A DNA stretch of 64,000 bases from Mobula hypostoma (taxonomy: Eukaryota): assembly GCF_963921235.1 (NCBI RefSeq), contig NC_086108.1:70310001-70374000 (forward strand). Direction: 5' to 3'. How positions within the stretch are numbered: the first letter of the stretch is position 1; the number at the start of each line of letters is the position of its first letter. A program made the position numbers and the translations under genes. Of this stretch, positions 52,996 to 64,000 are shown one piece after another. The notes under the pieces are model-generated. The model did no database searches, was not told the DNA's origin, and saw only the letters and a list, made by a program, of their open reading frames with translations.

Positions 52996-54348
52996 TTCAT
53001 TTTAACAGATTGTAAATATAACTTTGCTGGATCAAATAACGACAGCACAAAAAGATCGTTACTTATCTTTTCACCCGTTTATTTCTTCGAGATCAGCCGG
53101 CAAGTGAACTTGGACCCAACATCAGGGAGAGAAACTTTCTCATCTCCCCGGCGGTTCTACAAGTTCACTGCCTGATGTCAGAATTGTTAGAAGTTATAAA
53201 GCCACCGATACAAAAGAACAATCAGTTTGATAACCATTCCAGCCAAGTCAATGGACTATTGATACAAAAGTACAATCAATTTGTTAGACACTCCAGCCAC
53301 CTTCGTTAAAGAAAGGAATGTCCTACTTGGTTTGCTGGAGCCACAACTTAATTACAAAGATAAGAACATCCGTCAAATTTATGCTTTAATTAAGAAAGGA
53401 ATGTTCTGTCTAATTTCTATCAGGTAGTGCTTTTTGTCAAAATCAAAAGGTGTGAAAAGCCCAGACACATTTTATGTGGATCTGGGCGAACTTTAATCCT
53501 TATCTTGCTCCAAAGAAGGCAGCTGTGAGACATTATTCAAACACACTGCGGTCACAGACATAGTCAGTACTTAATCCATTGTTTACAGGAATCTGAGAAT
53601 CCCCCATTCCCCTAAACTTTATCAGATTCAACAAGTTCCTTTATAATGATGTTAAAATTAAGTGTATATAGAATATTTGAATAGTTGTCATGTGGACCAC
53701 ATGTTAGTCTTTCAAGCTGATATTGAGTAATTATTACAGCAGCAATTTCAAAGGTGGAAATCTTAACTCATTTTCGGCCCATGTTGATTGATGTTGTTAA
53801 CTGAGCTTATCTGGTGGGTTATTTATTTTTGGCATTTTTACTCTAATTTTTTTTCATAATTTCTTACTGCTGAGCTACATAATTATTTGACTTGCTCATT
53901 GCATTTTACTGCAAATAAAATAATTTATTTGTTTTCTCTCATCCAAAATATTTTGATGGTTTTGTTGTCACTCTTTAAGTTGCAAAGTTCCATTTGTTAT
54001 TTCATAAGATGGGGTTCTCAGCACTATTTCAGTTTTGTTTACTTGAATTACAGAACAGTTGCAATCATTTATAATTAGCCTCAACATTTAAAATGAAAGC
54101 TGATAAATCAGTGAGCTGTTGGTGTTATTATGCAACTGTGTTGGGGTCTGTGCAAGTTTCTGCATAGAAGAAAATGTGCTTTGAGGTACTAAAATGTTGC
54201 AGTTTTACATTCTTTACTTTTTATTATCTTGATTACTAAAGAAGTCATCCAATATATCTTTTAAATACTAAGTTTAAAATAAAATATTGAGAGTTATGCC
54301 ACTTAATTTGATTAATAATTAAGGCTTTTCAATTTTATTCTGTTTCAG

Positions 54349-54466
54349 AATGTGGCTTCATCATTAAGTAGTACAGCTCAGATTGGCAGTCCAGTTGGAA
54401 GTGCAATTAATTTGGTCCCAGAAAATGGGCTCCCACCTATTCTCATCTCTACAGGCGTCAAAGGAG
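54349..54466 (+). CDS. ZFYVE9: ZFYVE9/SARA exon (NVASSLSSTAQIGSPVGSAINLVPENGLPPILISTGVKG)
   Basis: tttcag acceptor, gtaagt donor, 118 bp, phase 0 to 1. GSPVGSAxNLxPExGLPPILISTGVKG matches SARA. Confidence 0.96.
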
Positions 54467-55584
54467 GTAAGTGTGGTAGATTGCTTTTGTTGTTAAATCA
54501 TAGAATCATTAAAATAAATGGCAGCAGAGAAGGCCCTTCAGACCATCCTGTCTGTTGGGAAACCAGCTACCCAACCTAATCTCACCTTCCAGCCTCAGAT
54601 CCTGTAGCTCCATTGTTGTCATTCTTCAAGTGCGGGTTGCGTTAATTAACCATGAAGATAGTTAAATGATTCTACTGCTAAGTTGAAGATGTCTGGTGAT
54701 TTAATTTAACTGGCAGTATTTGCAGGCAATCCCCATATTATGGGGGAGGGGTAGAAGTACCCTGTATTGTGAGTCATGTTTATTCATGCATTGAGAAATG
54801 AGAGTTGCAGAAAATATTATTTAACACTTTTTAGCTAGAGCTGCTGCTACTGAAGCAGAGCAGGCTGGTATTAAAGGAACGTGCAGCTGCTGCTCATGAG
54901 ACTGAGCAGGCTGCAGGAGAAGGTGGAGGAGGCTCCAGTTGTTGCTGTACTGAAAATCAATACGGTCTTTTTTCCACTTTAAAAAAAAATCATATCTCAG
55001 CTGTTTTGGTTGTAATTTGTGAATTCTGTAAGGGGGAATTTACATTACCTGAACTGCTGTTACACAAGGTTTACAATTACCATGGGTTGAAATCTAAAGT
55101 TTGAAATTCAGAATTGCTGTCCTTCACGTTTATATTGAACTGTGATTCAACCGTATTGAGATATTTATTTCCACAATAGATTATTTGTCATATTTGCAAT
55201 CTGGAAACTGTTTACAAGAATATTTAATAATGAACTAGCATGATGTTTACGTGAGTTCGTATTTTCTTAACCTATCAATATATCTCATTTAATAAATTCA
55301 GGAGAGCAAAGGATGAATTGGGATTTGGAGTTTGGCTAGTTAAACCAGTGCAGCCTTTTGCAGAATGGTTTTGAACATTGTCTCTGCTCTGAAATTTCTA
55401 GAGACAATGAGGTCATCCTAACTGACATTTCCAATTTCATGTATCTTCTAGTGTGTTAGGATATGAGAAAATTAAGGGCTTAAGTTCTAAACATACATGA
55501 AAATTTTCAGATTTAAGTTAATTCATGTAATACACTAATCTTGTTGTCATAAATGTTTTAAAATATGTATTTTGTTTGTTTTAG

Positions 55585-55707
55585 ATTATGCAGTTGAGGA
55601 ACAACCCTCACAGGTCTCTCTAATGCTGCAGCTGGAAGAAGGAGGCCCTGACCCTCTAGTTTTTGTTTTAAATGCCAACTTACTTGTCATGGTCAAACTT
55701 GTCAATT
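55585..55707 (+). CDS. ZFYVE9: ZFYVE9/SARA exon (DYAVEEQPSQVSLMLQLEEGGPDPLVFVLNANLLVMVKLVN)
   Basis: ttttag acceptor, gtaagt donor, 123 bp, phase 1 to 1. GGPDPLVFVLNANLL is a SARA/endofin C-terminal-domain motif. Absent from the ORF track. Confidence 0.96.
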
Positions 55708-57059
55708 GTAAGTAATGTTTTACCATAATGAGAGAAATGAAAATCCAAATTACTTTTACAGGTTGTATTTAGAAAGTTTTAAGTTGATTTGTTGTCATGT
55801 ACTTATTATTATCTTCAATGGCACATATAATTTCTGAAATCCTATTACTGTTACTTTGCCTCTGGTTGTTGCTGGTGTTGTCACCTGTGGCTGAGTTAGT
55901 AGCACATTTACCAACAAGCAAGAAGGTTTTGGATTCCGTTATCAAAAAGTGTGAAAGGCTTGAACACAAAAGTGTAGTAACAGTCATTGAGTCAAACTGT
56001 GCAGAAACAAACCCTTCAGCTTTCTGAGTCCATGCTGACTGTCAACCACTGTTCAACTGATCCCATTTCATACTCCCATCAACTCTACACATGCACCTCT
56101 AAATGCAAGTGATGGCAAAGGAGACATTGAGAGAGGACTATGTAAAAATGGAGCTCTACAAAGTGGTCCTGATTAAGATCAGAGATGAGAGGCCATCAGT
56201 TTTTGAAGGGAGTAAGGCATCTCTGTGTTGCCCTCATGGGCGTACTGCAGGCAAAAGCTTCATTCTCCAGTATATTATGGATTATCAGTTAATGCTTGTG
56301 GCTTGAGCCTGCTGGAGTGAAGCTGCATCATTTCAATAGATGCTACACAGGCACCTGGCATACGTGGCTGTTACCATAATAGCTGGGCCACAAATGCAGT
56401 TGCTGTTCAAGCAGGCGGCTGCTGCTGTACAGGATAGGACTGAATCTATCATTGTTTTCTGCAGGCACCTGGTGGAGCTGCTTCTGCTGTTACTAAAATA
56501 AGTTCCAGCTTCTGCTGTTACTGAGTTCTTGCTGCTGGTAAAGTTGAGTGGATTGCTGGTAAAGATGGAGGAAGTTCCAGCTGGAGCTGCGGCTAGTGAA
56601 ACTGAGCAGGCTGGTATTCAAGGCAGGGAGGCACGTGCCACTGCTGCTTATAAGATTGAGAAGGCTTCAGGTGGAGGTGGAGGAGGCTCCAATTGTTACT
56701 GTACTGAGGAAGTGAGCTTTTATTGCTGGGAATCTGGTGAAATATGACTTTGTTCCAACAGCTACCGTTATACTTTGAAATATCAGAGATTCATTGGCAT
56801 TATTTTGAAGAAGGCAAGTTGTTTTCCAGAGTACCAGTCAATATTTAATTATATCGCTCTTGCTATAGAGAAAATATGTCTGTTAATCGTTTGGTGAGGT
56901 ATGTTGGATTCCACTTTGTACGATAGCAGGTACAGCTTTTTTTAGCTGCTAAGTGCTTTGAGGTTGTGAAAGGTTCCATATACATGCAGATGTTTCTCTT
57001 TCTTTTTTAACCTCTTGCCCTGGTGTGCATATTTTTCCTCTTGGTTTCCAATTTATTTT

Positions 57060-58095
57060 GACAATAGAAGACAGAATGGTCATGAAGGTTTAATTTTCAG
57101 ACTGGAGGCCTGTAACCAGTGATATGTTGCAGGGATTGTTGCTGGGCTCACTGTTGGTTGTTATTTATATGAACAATTTGGTTAGGAATATAAATGATTA
57201 GTAAGTTTGCAGTTGACACTAAAATCGATGAGGAAGGTTGTATAATGGACAGCTAAGATTGTCAATGGGATCAACTGGGCCAAGGAGTTAAGGAATGGCA
57301 GATGGAGTTTAATTTGGATAACTATTGTGGTTTTGCATTTTGGTCAGACAGTTGAGGGCAGGACTTGCACAGTAAATGGCAGGGCCCTGAGGAGTGTTGT
57401 AGAATAGAGGGAACTAGAGTTGCAGGTTCATAGTTCTGGTCACCCTGCTTTAACCTTGCACTCAATGCCTCTTCCCTCTCTTTTTACACAATTTAATTAT
57501 TTTTTGATATATACTTGGTGTAATTTATAATTACACAATACTATATATGACAATGTACTGCTGCTGCAAAACAACAAATTTCACAACATATGCTGGTGAT
57601 ATTAAATCTGACTCATTCTGTAAGAAGGAAATCATTAAACTGGAATGAATGCAGAAAAGATTTAAGGATGTTACCATAACTAGAGGATTTGAGATGTAGG
57701 GAAAGCCAGAGCAGGCTTGGACTATGTTTTCTTGGAGCATAAGAGACTTTAGAGATGGCCTTTATAGAATCTTATAAAATCATGAAGGACATGGAAAAGA
57801 TAAATGGCTGCAGTCTTTTCAACCAGGGTAGGGGAGTCCAGAACTAGAGGACTTGTGTTTAAAGTGAGAGGGGGAGTTTACAGAGGGTGCTGTGTATATG
57901 GAACGAGTTGCCATAGGAAGTGGTAGAGGCAGGTGCAGTTAGGACATATAAAAGACATTTGGACAGCTACATTGATAAGAAAGGTTTAGAAGGATATGGG
58001 CCAAGCATAGGCAAATAGGACTAGCTGGGTTAGTCAACTTGTTCAGCATGGACAACTTGGGCCAAAGGGCCTGCTTCCATTATGTATTGTCCTGT
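57060..58095 (+). mobile_element. Old CR1 3' fragment with a small Rex1-like tail insert (~57450-57615)
   Basis: Degenerate CR1 RT C-terminal sequence. Confidence 0.7.
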
Positions 58096-58564
58096 CATCT
58101 TCCTTGTGTATAATTTTTCTGTCAATGTGGCAAAAAGACCATAAAACCATAAGACACAGGAGCAAAATTAGGCCATCTGGCCCATTGAGTCTGCTCCGCC
58201 ATTCAATCATGGCTGATCCTTTTTTATTTCTTCTCAACCCCAGTTCCCCATAACCTTTGATACCATGTCCAATCAAGAATGTATCAATCTCTGCCTTAAA
58301 TACACCCAATGACCTGGCCTCCTCAGCTGCACGTGGCAACAAATTCCACAAGTTCACTACCCTTTGGCTAAAGAAATTTCTCCACATCTCTGTTTTGAAA
58401 GGGCACCCTTCTATCCTGAAGCAGTGCCCTCTTGTCCTAGACTCTCCCACCATGGGAAACATCCTTTCCACATCTACTCTCTGTCTAGGTCTTTCAACAT
58501 TCAGAAGGTTTCAATGAGAACCCCCCCCCCCATCCTTCTGAATTCTGGGTACAGACCCAGAGCC

Positions 58565-61500
58565 ACAGTGTTGTGCTGACCCTCAAACCCTGCCTCCCAT
58601 ATAACCCCCACCTTAATTTCCTCCATATACCTGCCTCGTAGTCTCTTCAATTTCAGTAGTGTATCTGCTTCCACGACTGACTCAGGCAGTGCATTCCACG
58701 TACCAACTACTCTCTGAGTGAAAAAACCTTCCTCTAATATCTCCCTTGAACTTCCCAACCCTTACCTTAAAGCCACGTCCTCTTGTATTGAGCAGTGGTG
58801 CCCTGGGGAAGAGGCGCTGGCTACCCACTCTACCTATTCCTCTTAATATCTTGTATACCTCTATCATGTCTTCTCTCATCATCCTTCTCTCCAAAGAGTA
58901 AAGCCCTAGCTCCCTTAATCTCTGATCATAATCCATACTCTAAACCAGGCAGCATCCTGGTAAATCTCCTCTGTAGCCTTTCCAATGCTTCCACATCCTT
59001 CCTATAGTGAGGCGACCAGAACTGGACACAGTACTCCAAGTGTGGCCTAACCAGAGTTTTATAGAGCTGCATCATTACCTCGTGACTCTTAAACTCTGTC
59101 CCTCGACTTATGAAAGCTAACACCCCATAAGCCTTCTTAACTACCCTATCTACCTGTGAGGCAACTTACAGGCATCTGTGGACATGTACCCCCAGACCCC
59201 TCTGTTCCTCCACACTATCAAGTCTCCTGCCATTTACTTTGTACTCTGCCTTGGAGGTTGTCCTTCCAAAGTGTACCACCTCACACTTCTCCAGGTTGAA
59301 CTCCATCTGCCACTTCTCAGCCCACTTCTGCATCCTATCAATGTCTCTCTGCAATCTTCGACAATCCTCTACACTATCTACAACACCACCAACCTTTGTG
59401 TTGTCTGCAAACTTGCCAACCCACCCTTCTACCCCCACATCCAGGTCGTTAATAAAAATCACGAAAAGTAGAGGTCCCAGAACCGATCCTTGTGGGACAC
59501 CACTAGTCACAACCCTCCAATCCGAATGTACTCCCTCCACCACAACCCTCTGACTTCTGCAGGCAAGCTAATTCTGAATCCACCTGGCCAAACTTCCCTG
59601 GATCCCATGCCTTCTGACTTTCTGAATAAGTCTCCCGTGTGGAACCTTGTTAAATGCCTTATTAAAATCCATATAGATTACATCCACTGCACTACCCTCA
59701 TCTATATACCTGGTCACCACCTCAAAGAAGTCTTTCAGGCTTGTTAGACACGATCTGCCCTTCACAAAGCCATGCTGACTGTCCCTGATCAGACCATGAT
59801 TCTCTAAATGCCCATAGATCCTATCTCTAAGAATCTTTTCCAACAGCTTTCCCACCACAGATGTAAGGCTCACTGGTCTATAATAACCCGGACTATCCCT
59901 ACTACTGTTTTTGAACAAGGGGACAACATTTGCCTCCCTCTAATCCTCTGGTACCATTCCCGTAGACAACAAGGATATAAGGATCCCAGCCAGAGGCTCA
60001 GCAATCTCTGCTCGTGGAGTAGCCTGGGGAATATTCCGTCAGGCCCCAGGGACTTATCCGTCCTAATGTATTTTAACAACTCCAACACCAAATCTCCCTT
60101 AATATCAGCATGCTCCAGAACATCAACCTCACTCATATTGTCCTCACCATCATCAAGTTCCCTCTCATTGGTGAATACCGAAGAGAAGTATTCATTGAGG
60201 ACCTCGCTCACTTCCACAGCCTCCAGGCACATCTTCCCACCTTTATCTCTAATCAGTCCTACCTTCACCCTTGTCATCCTTTTGTTCTTCACATAATTGA
60301 AGAATGCCTTGGGGTTTTCCTTTACCAAGGCCTTCTCATGCCCCTTTCTTGATCTTCTCGGCCCCTCCTTAAGCTCCTTTCTTGCTACCCTATATTCCTC
60401 AATGGACCCATCTGATCCTTGCTTCCTAAACCTCATGTATGCTGCTATGCTGCCTTCTTCTACCTGACTAGATTTTCCACCTCACTTGTCACCCATGGTT
60501 CCTTCACCCTACCATTCTTTATCTTCCTCACTGGGACAAATTTATTCCTAACATCCTGCAAGAGATCTCTAAACATTGACCACATGTCCATAGTACATTT
60601 CCCTGCAAAAACATCGTCCCAATTCACGCCCGCAAGTTCTAGCCTTATAGCCTCATAATTTGCCCTTCCCCAATTAAAACTTTTCCTGTCCTCTCTGATT
60701 CTATCCTTTTCCATGATAATGCTAAAGGCCAGGGAGTGGTGGTCACTGTCCCCCAGATGCTTACCCACTGAGAGATCTTTGACCTGACCCGGTTCGTTAC
60801 CTAATACTAGATCGAGTATGGCATTCCCCCAGTTGGCCTGTCAACATACTGTGGCAGGAATCCGTCCTGGACACACTTATCAAACTCTGCCCGGTCCAAA
60901 CCCTTGGAACTAATCAGGTGCCAATCAATATTAGGGAAGTTAAAGTCACCCATGATAACAACCCTGTTATTTTTTTCACCTTTCCAAAATCTGCCTCCCA
61001 ATCTGCTCCCAGCTGCTTCCAGGGGCCTTATAGAATACTCCCAATAGAGTAACTGCTCCCTTCCTGTACCTGATTTCCACCCATACTGACTCAAAAGAGG
61101 ATCCTGCTACATTACCCACCCTTTCTGTTGCTGTAATGGTATCCCGGACCAGTAATGCCACCTCTCCTCCCCTTCCCCCCCCCCCCCTCTATCCCTTTTA
61201 AAGCACTGAAATCCAGGAATATTGAGAATCCATTCTTGCCCTGGTGCCAGCCAAGTCTCTGTAATGGCATCATAATTCCATGTATGTATCCAAGCTCTCA
61301 GTTCATCACCTTTGTTCCTGATGCTTCTTGCATTGAAGTACATGCACTTTAGCCCTTCCACCTTACTACCTTTACACCCTTTATTCTGCTTCTCTTTCCT
61401 CAAAGCCTCTCTCTATGTTAGATCTGGCTTTACTCCATGCACTTCTTTCACTGCTCTATCGCTCCGGGTCCCATCCCCCTTGCAAATTAGTTTAAACCCT

Positions 61501-62632
61501 CCCAAACCATGCTAGCAAACCTACCTGCAAGGATATTGCTCCCCCTCAAGTTCAGGTGCAACCCATCCAATCTGTACAGGTCCCACCTTCCCCAGAAGAG
61601 ATCCCAATGATCCAAAAATCTAAAACCCTGCCCCCTACATCAACTCCTCAGCCACGCATTCAGCTGCCATCTCCTCCAATTCTTACCATCACTATCATGT
61701 AGCACTGGCAGCAATCCTGAGAATGCCACCCTTGAGGTCTTGTTCTTCAGCCTTCTGCTTAGTTCCCGAAACTTGCATTTCAGGACCTCATCCCACTTCT
61801 TGCCTATGTCGTTGGTGCCAACATGTATCACGACTTCTGGTTGCTTTCCCTCTCATACCAGGATGTCGTGCACCCGCTCAGAGACATCCCAGACCCTGGC
61901 ACCCGTGAGGCAACAAACCATGCAGGTGTCCTTCTCACGTCCACAAAATCTCCTGTCTGCTCCCCTGACTATGGAGTCTCCAATGACGACAGCTGTCCTC
62001 TTCTCTATCCCACTCTTGTGCACCACAGGGTCAGACTCAGTGCCAGAGGTCCTGCCACCGTGGCTCACACCTGGTTGGTCGTCCCCACCAACAGTATCCA
62101 GGACGGTAAACTTATTATTCAAGGGAATGGCTACAGGGGTGCTCTGCACTACCTGTCTACTCACCTTTGCTTTTCCCCCTCTGACTGTCACCCAACGACC
62201 TGTTTCCGGCAGCCTAGGTGTAACTACCTCCCTGTAGCTCTCAGCTATGACTGCCTCATTTTCCCTTATGAGTCGAAGGTCATCCAGCTGCTGCTCCAGA
62301 TTCCTTCCACGGTCTTCCAGATCGCCCAGCCGCATGCACTTCTGGCAGATGTGACTCTGTGGGAGAAGGGAGTTCCCCCAAGACTGCCACACCTGACATG
62401 AGAGGCACATCACCGTCTCAAGAGGCATTGTAAAGACTAACTGGGAACAAGCTCGTCCTCCAGCTCTTCTCGTTGAAGCGTCTTGAGTCAAAGCCTCAAA
62501 GCTCCACTCCTTCACTGGCCGCTTTCCACAGGCTGCTCCACTTGAGCTACCCCTCTATTTATTTGTTTGAGCTTTTCAAACTGCTTGGTCACCTGACCTC
62601 GATTGCCCAATCAGCTGCTTTCTGCTGAGTCT
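58565..62632 (-). mobile_element. Full-length young CR1 of the same subfamily as 35241-39221, inserted into an older CR1 (58138-58565 and 62640-63535)
   Basis: Translated segments nearly identical to those of the 35241-39221 copy. Longer 5' UTR, with a ccaat motif at ~62607. Confidence 0.95.
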
Positions 62633-63537
62633 GCGTTCCTCATATTCTGAAAGTCCAAATATACAACATCCACTTCATCCCCTTTATTTATCCTATGTGT
62701 AATCTCAAAGAATTCCAACAGGTTTGTCAGGCAGGATTTTCCCTGAAGGAAAACATGCTGACTTTGTACGATCTTGTCCTGTGTCACCTAGTACTCCATC
62801 ACCTCATCCTCAACATTGACTCCAGCATCTTCCCAACCACTGAGGTCAGGCTAACTGGTCTATAATTTCCATTCTGCAGTTTTCCTCCCTTCTTAAAGAA
62901 TGGAGTAACATTTGCAATTTTCCAGTTCTCTGGTACCATGCCAGAGTCCAATAATTTTTTGAAAGATCATTTCTAATACCACCACATTCTCTAACGCCAC
63001 CTGTTTAAGAACCTTAGGGTGCAGTTCATCTGGTCTGGGTGACTTATGTAACTTTAGGTCTTTTAGTTTTTTCAGCACCTTCTCTCTTGTAACAGTAACT
63101 GCACCCGCTTCTCTTCCTTCATACACTCAACATCAGGCATACTGCTAGTGTCTTTCACAGTGAAGGCTGATGCAAAATATTCATTTAGTTCATCAGCCAT
63201 CTCCTTGTCCCATGTTGTTATTTCTCCTGCTTCATTTTCTAGCAGTCCTGTGTCCACTTTCGTTTCTCTTTTATTTTTAACGTACTTGAAAAAAATTTTA
63301 TTATCCACCGATATTATTTGCAAGTTTGTTTTCATATTTAATCTTTTACCTTCTAATGATTTTTTTTTAGTTGCTGTCTGTAGGTTTTTAAAAACTTCCC
63401 AATCCTCTATGTTCCCACTAATTTTTGCTTTGTTGTATGTCCTTTCTTTTGCTTTTAAAATAGCTTTGACTTCCTTTGTCAGCCACAGTTGTACTATTTT
63501 ACCATTTGAGTGTCCCTTCATTTTTGGAATACATATA

Positions 63538-64000
63538 CAGGTGTCCCCCGCTTTTTGAACTTTCGCTTTACAAAACCTCACTGTTACGAAAGACCTACAT
63601 TAGTACCCTGTTTTCGCTTTCAGAAGGTGTTTTCACTGTTGCGAAGAAAGGCAGCGCGAGATAAAAGGCAGCGCACGCCCCGAGCAGTCGTTAGCAAGAT
63701 GAGTTCTAAGGTGCCTGAAAAGCCTGAAAGAGTAAGGGTGTTACACTTAGCATAAAACTAGACATAATTAAGCGTTTTGATCGTGGTGAACGAAGTAAGG
63801 ACAAAGTGAGTTTGGCTTGTGGAAGCTGATGAAGACGATGTTGAAGAGGTTTTGGCATCCCATGACCAAGTACTGATAGATGAAGGGCTGATGCTATTGG
63901 AAGAGGAAAGGATAACAATCCAAACGGAATGCAGAAAGTGAAGCAACTGCGTGAGATTTTCGCTGCAATGATAAAGTACGACTTTAATTTTGAAAGGGTA
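63538..64000 (+). mobile_element. Second Tigger/pogo-derived element (runs off the window)
   Basis: TA followed by the CAGGTGTCCCCCGC TIR; same deleted transposase junction as 27595-29096, in the opposite orientation. Confidence 0.9.

Noticed and set aside
53207..53299. Repeat-spacer-repeat pattern resembling CRISPR
   Set aside because: Only two diverged units, a 15-nt spacer, no cas genes, and a vertebrate intron context.

Overview
This is eukaryotic (vertebrate) genomic DNA, not prokaryotic. The repeat mix of CR1, L1, Penelope, Rex1-like and V-SINE elements suggests a cartilaginous fish such as a ray or shark (inference). The window lies inside one gene, ZFYVE9 (SARA), on the + strand. Five phase-compatible GT-AG exons encode the C-terminal half of the FYVE finger, the Smad-binding domain, the RVWF PP1c motif and the start of the C-terminal domain: 12524-12623, 22288-22464, 26607-26776, 54349-54466 and 55585-55707. 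The introns are packed with mostly defective transposons. The most notable observations are: (1) a minimal type-I hammerhead ribozyme motif in the tail of a Penelope-like element, with three decayed copies elsewhere; (2) a TSD-flanked 2.0-kb L1 derivative that keeps ORF1 but lacks almost all of ORF2 (HAL1-like); (3) two closely similar ~4-kb CR1 copies and two Tigger-derived copies in inverted orientation around two exons, a geometry that favours circRNA/dsRNA; (4) a four-level CR1>Tc1>CR1>CR1 nest; (5) a composite hAT/hAT/Tigger MITE; and (6) a ~270-bp palindrome inside a Tigger derivative. I found no evidence for a wholly new protein-coding system. All identities and folds were judged by eye, and repeat boundaries are approximate unless a TSD or TIR is cited.
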